Shown in pieces: positions 63,368-64,000 of a stretch of 64,000 nt of DNA; position 1 is the first letter of the stretch, and every line of letters begins with the position of its first letter. The stretch comes from a virus (lineage: Duplodnaviria > Caudoviricetes), in the IMG/VR virus record IMGVR_UViG_3300025606_000003, positions 32,001 to 96,000 of that record, one strand, 5' to 3'. Both the position numbers and the translations under genes were made by a program. The notes under the pieces were generated by a model, which ran no database searches, was not told where the DNA came from, and was given only the letters and a program-made list of their open reading frames with translations.

Positions 63368-63835
63368 TCAGACTGCCGAGCCGCAGCCGGTTGCGCAGGG
63401 CGCGCCCGGCGCGGCGACCTGCTGGTGGCCGCACCAGGTGCAGTTCACCAGCCGCTCGGTCTGGCTCTTCCGCGCGGCATCCAGCTGCTTGCGCAGCTTG
63501 AGGATCTCCGCGTCCCTTGCTCGAACTGTTCGCCACAGCGCAGCGGTCTCCGTCACCGGCGCGCTGTGATCGAATTGCCGCCACTCGCGGAGCTGGCGGG
63601 CCGCGTAGTCAACCGCTGTGACTACGCTGACAAACATTACGCCGCTGGCGAGCGCGGCCGTCGTCGCCAGGGCGGCGACAACCGGCCAGTGGGGCAGGTC
63701 GAGCACCGTCACTTTGGCGGCGGCCAGCACCGCGTCGAACGCGGTGAACGTGGCGGCGCCGGCGACCACGGTTGTGGCCGCCATGAGGACCAACCCGGCG
63801 GCCAGCCAAAACACGAACTTGACGAAATCGACCAT
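63368..63835 (-). CDS. Membrane protein with coiled coil and C-terminal Zn ribbon
   Basis: 155 aa, SD aaggagg; two hydrophobic segments; CTWCG...CATGC. Confidence 0.65.
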   Translation of the reverse strand: MVDFVKFVFWLAAGLVLMAATTVVAGAATFTAFDAVLAAAKVTVLDLPHWPVVAALATTAALASGVMFVSVVTAVDYAARQLREWRQFDHSAPVTETAALWRTVRARDAEILKLRKQLDAARKSQTERLVNCTWCGHQQVAAPGAPCATGCGSAV

Positions 63836-63928
63836 GATTGCCTCCTTTGGGCAACCCAGGAGTCTGCCTGAGACAGGAGTTCACCGGCGGCCAACGTACA
63901 TACGCCGACACTTACGGATTCCTCAATA

Positions 63929-63957
63929 TATATGCCCGCGAAACACCCGGTATTTAG
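63929..63957 (-). promoter_or_regulatory. Bipartite promoter CTAAATA-N14-GGCATATA (copy 3)
   Basis: Exact boxes and spacer length shared with copies 1 and 2. Confidence 0.7.
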
Positions 63958-63961
63958 CCTT

Positions 63962-64000
63962 CGGGTTTGATATCTAACCCGGGCGCTGATAGCTAAGAGA
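63962..64000. promoter_or_regulatory. Palindrome CGGGTT-t-GATATC-t-AACCCG and TTAGCTATCAGC box just upstream of promoter copy 3
   Basis: Read directly: palindrome 63962-63981, box 63985-64000. Confidence 0.6.

Noticed and set aside
1-64000. CRISPR array, tRNA, rRNA, terminase, portal, tail sheath
   Set aside because: No regularly spaced repeat-spacer array, cloverleaf or diagnostic motifs seen; they may lie outside the window or be too divergent to recognise by eye.

Overview
This is a 64-kb segment of a large tailed (jumbo-like) phage genome, fairly GC-rich (about 58-60% by eye), with every credible gene on the minus strand. A DUF1559-type prepilin N-terminus suggests a planctomycete host. 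Main modules, by coordinate: (1) head/neck morphogenesis: prohead protease, probable scaffold, decoration protein, major capsid protein, adaptor/neck and tail-completion candidates (1-11.9 kb); (2) tail-fibre-like genes (12.8-15.9 kb); (3) a phage multi-subunit RNA polymerase in which beta is fused to the catalytic N-half of beta' and carries a 345-aa LAGLIDADG intein, while the beta' C-half is a separate gene (18.4-26.6 kb); (4) a protease-rich envelope/lysis cassette: papain-like C1, cysteine-switch matrixin, holins (28.6-36.4 kb); (5) glycosylation and auxiliary genes with an actin-like ATPase, ferritin-like protein, PhoH and cupin (36.7-49.5 kb); (6) small paralogous genes (49.5-52.5 kb); (7) large modular, probably head-packaged proteins (46.7-62.5 kb). 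Read directly from the DNA: a bipartite promoter CTAAATA-N14-GGCATATA (3 copies), two of which precede large, densely base-paired non-coding tracts (about 600 nt and 450 nt); a TTAGCTATCAG box at the 3' end of these units; and a strongly over-represented dispersed palindrome WWGATATCWW. In the proteins, a K-x-A motif punctuates the head proteins at domain boundaries, suggesting a protease processing code. No tRNA, rRNA, CRISPR array, terminase or portal was recognised. Counts and family assignments are from manual reading only.
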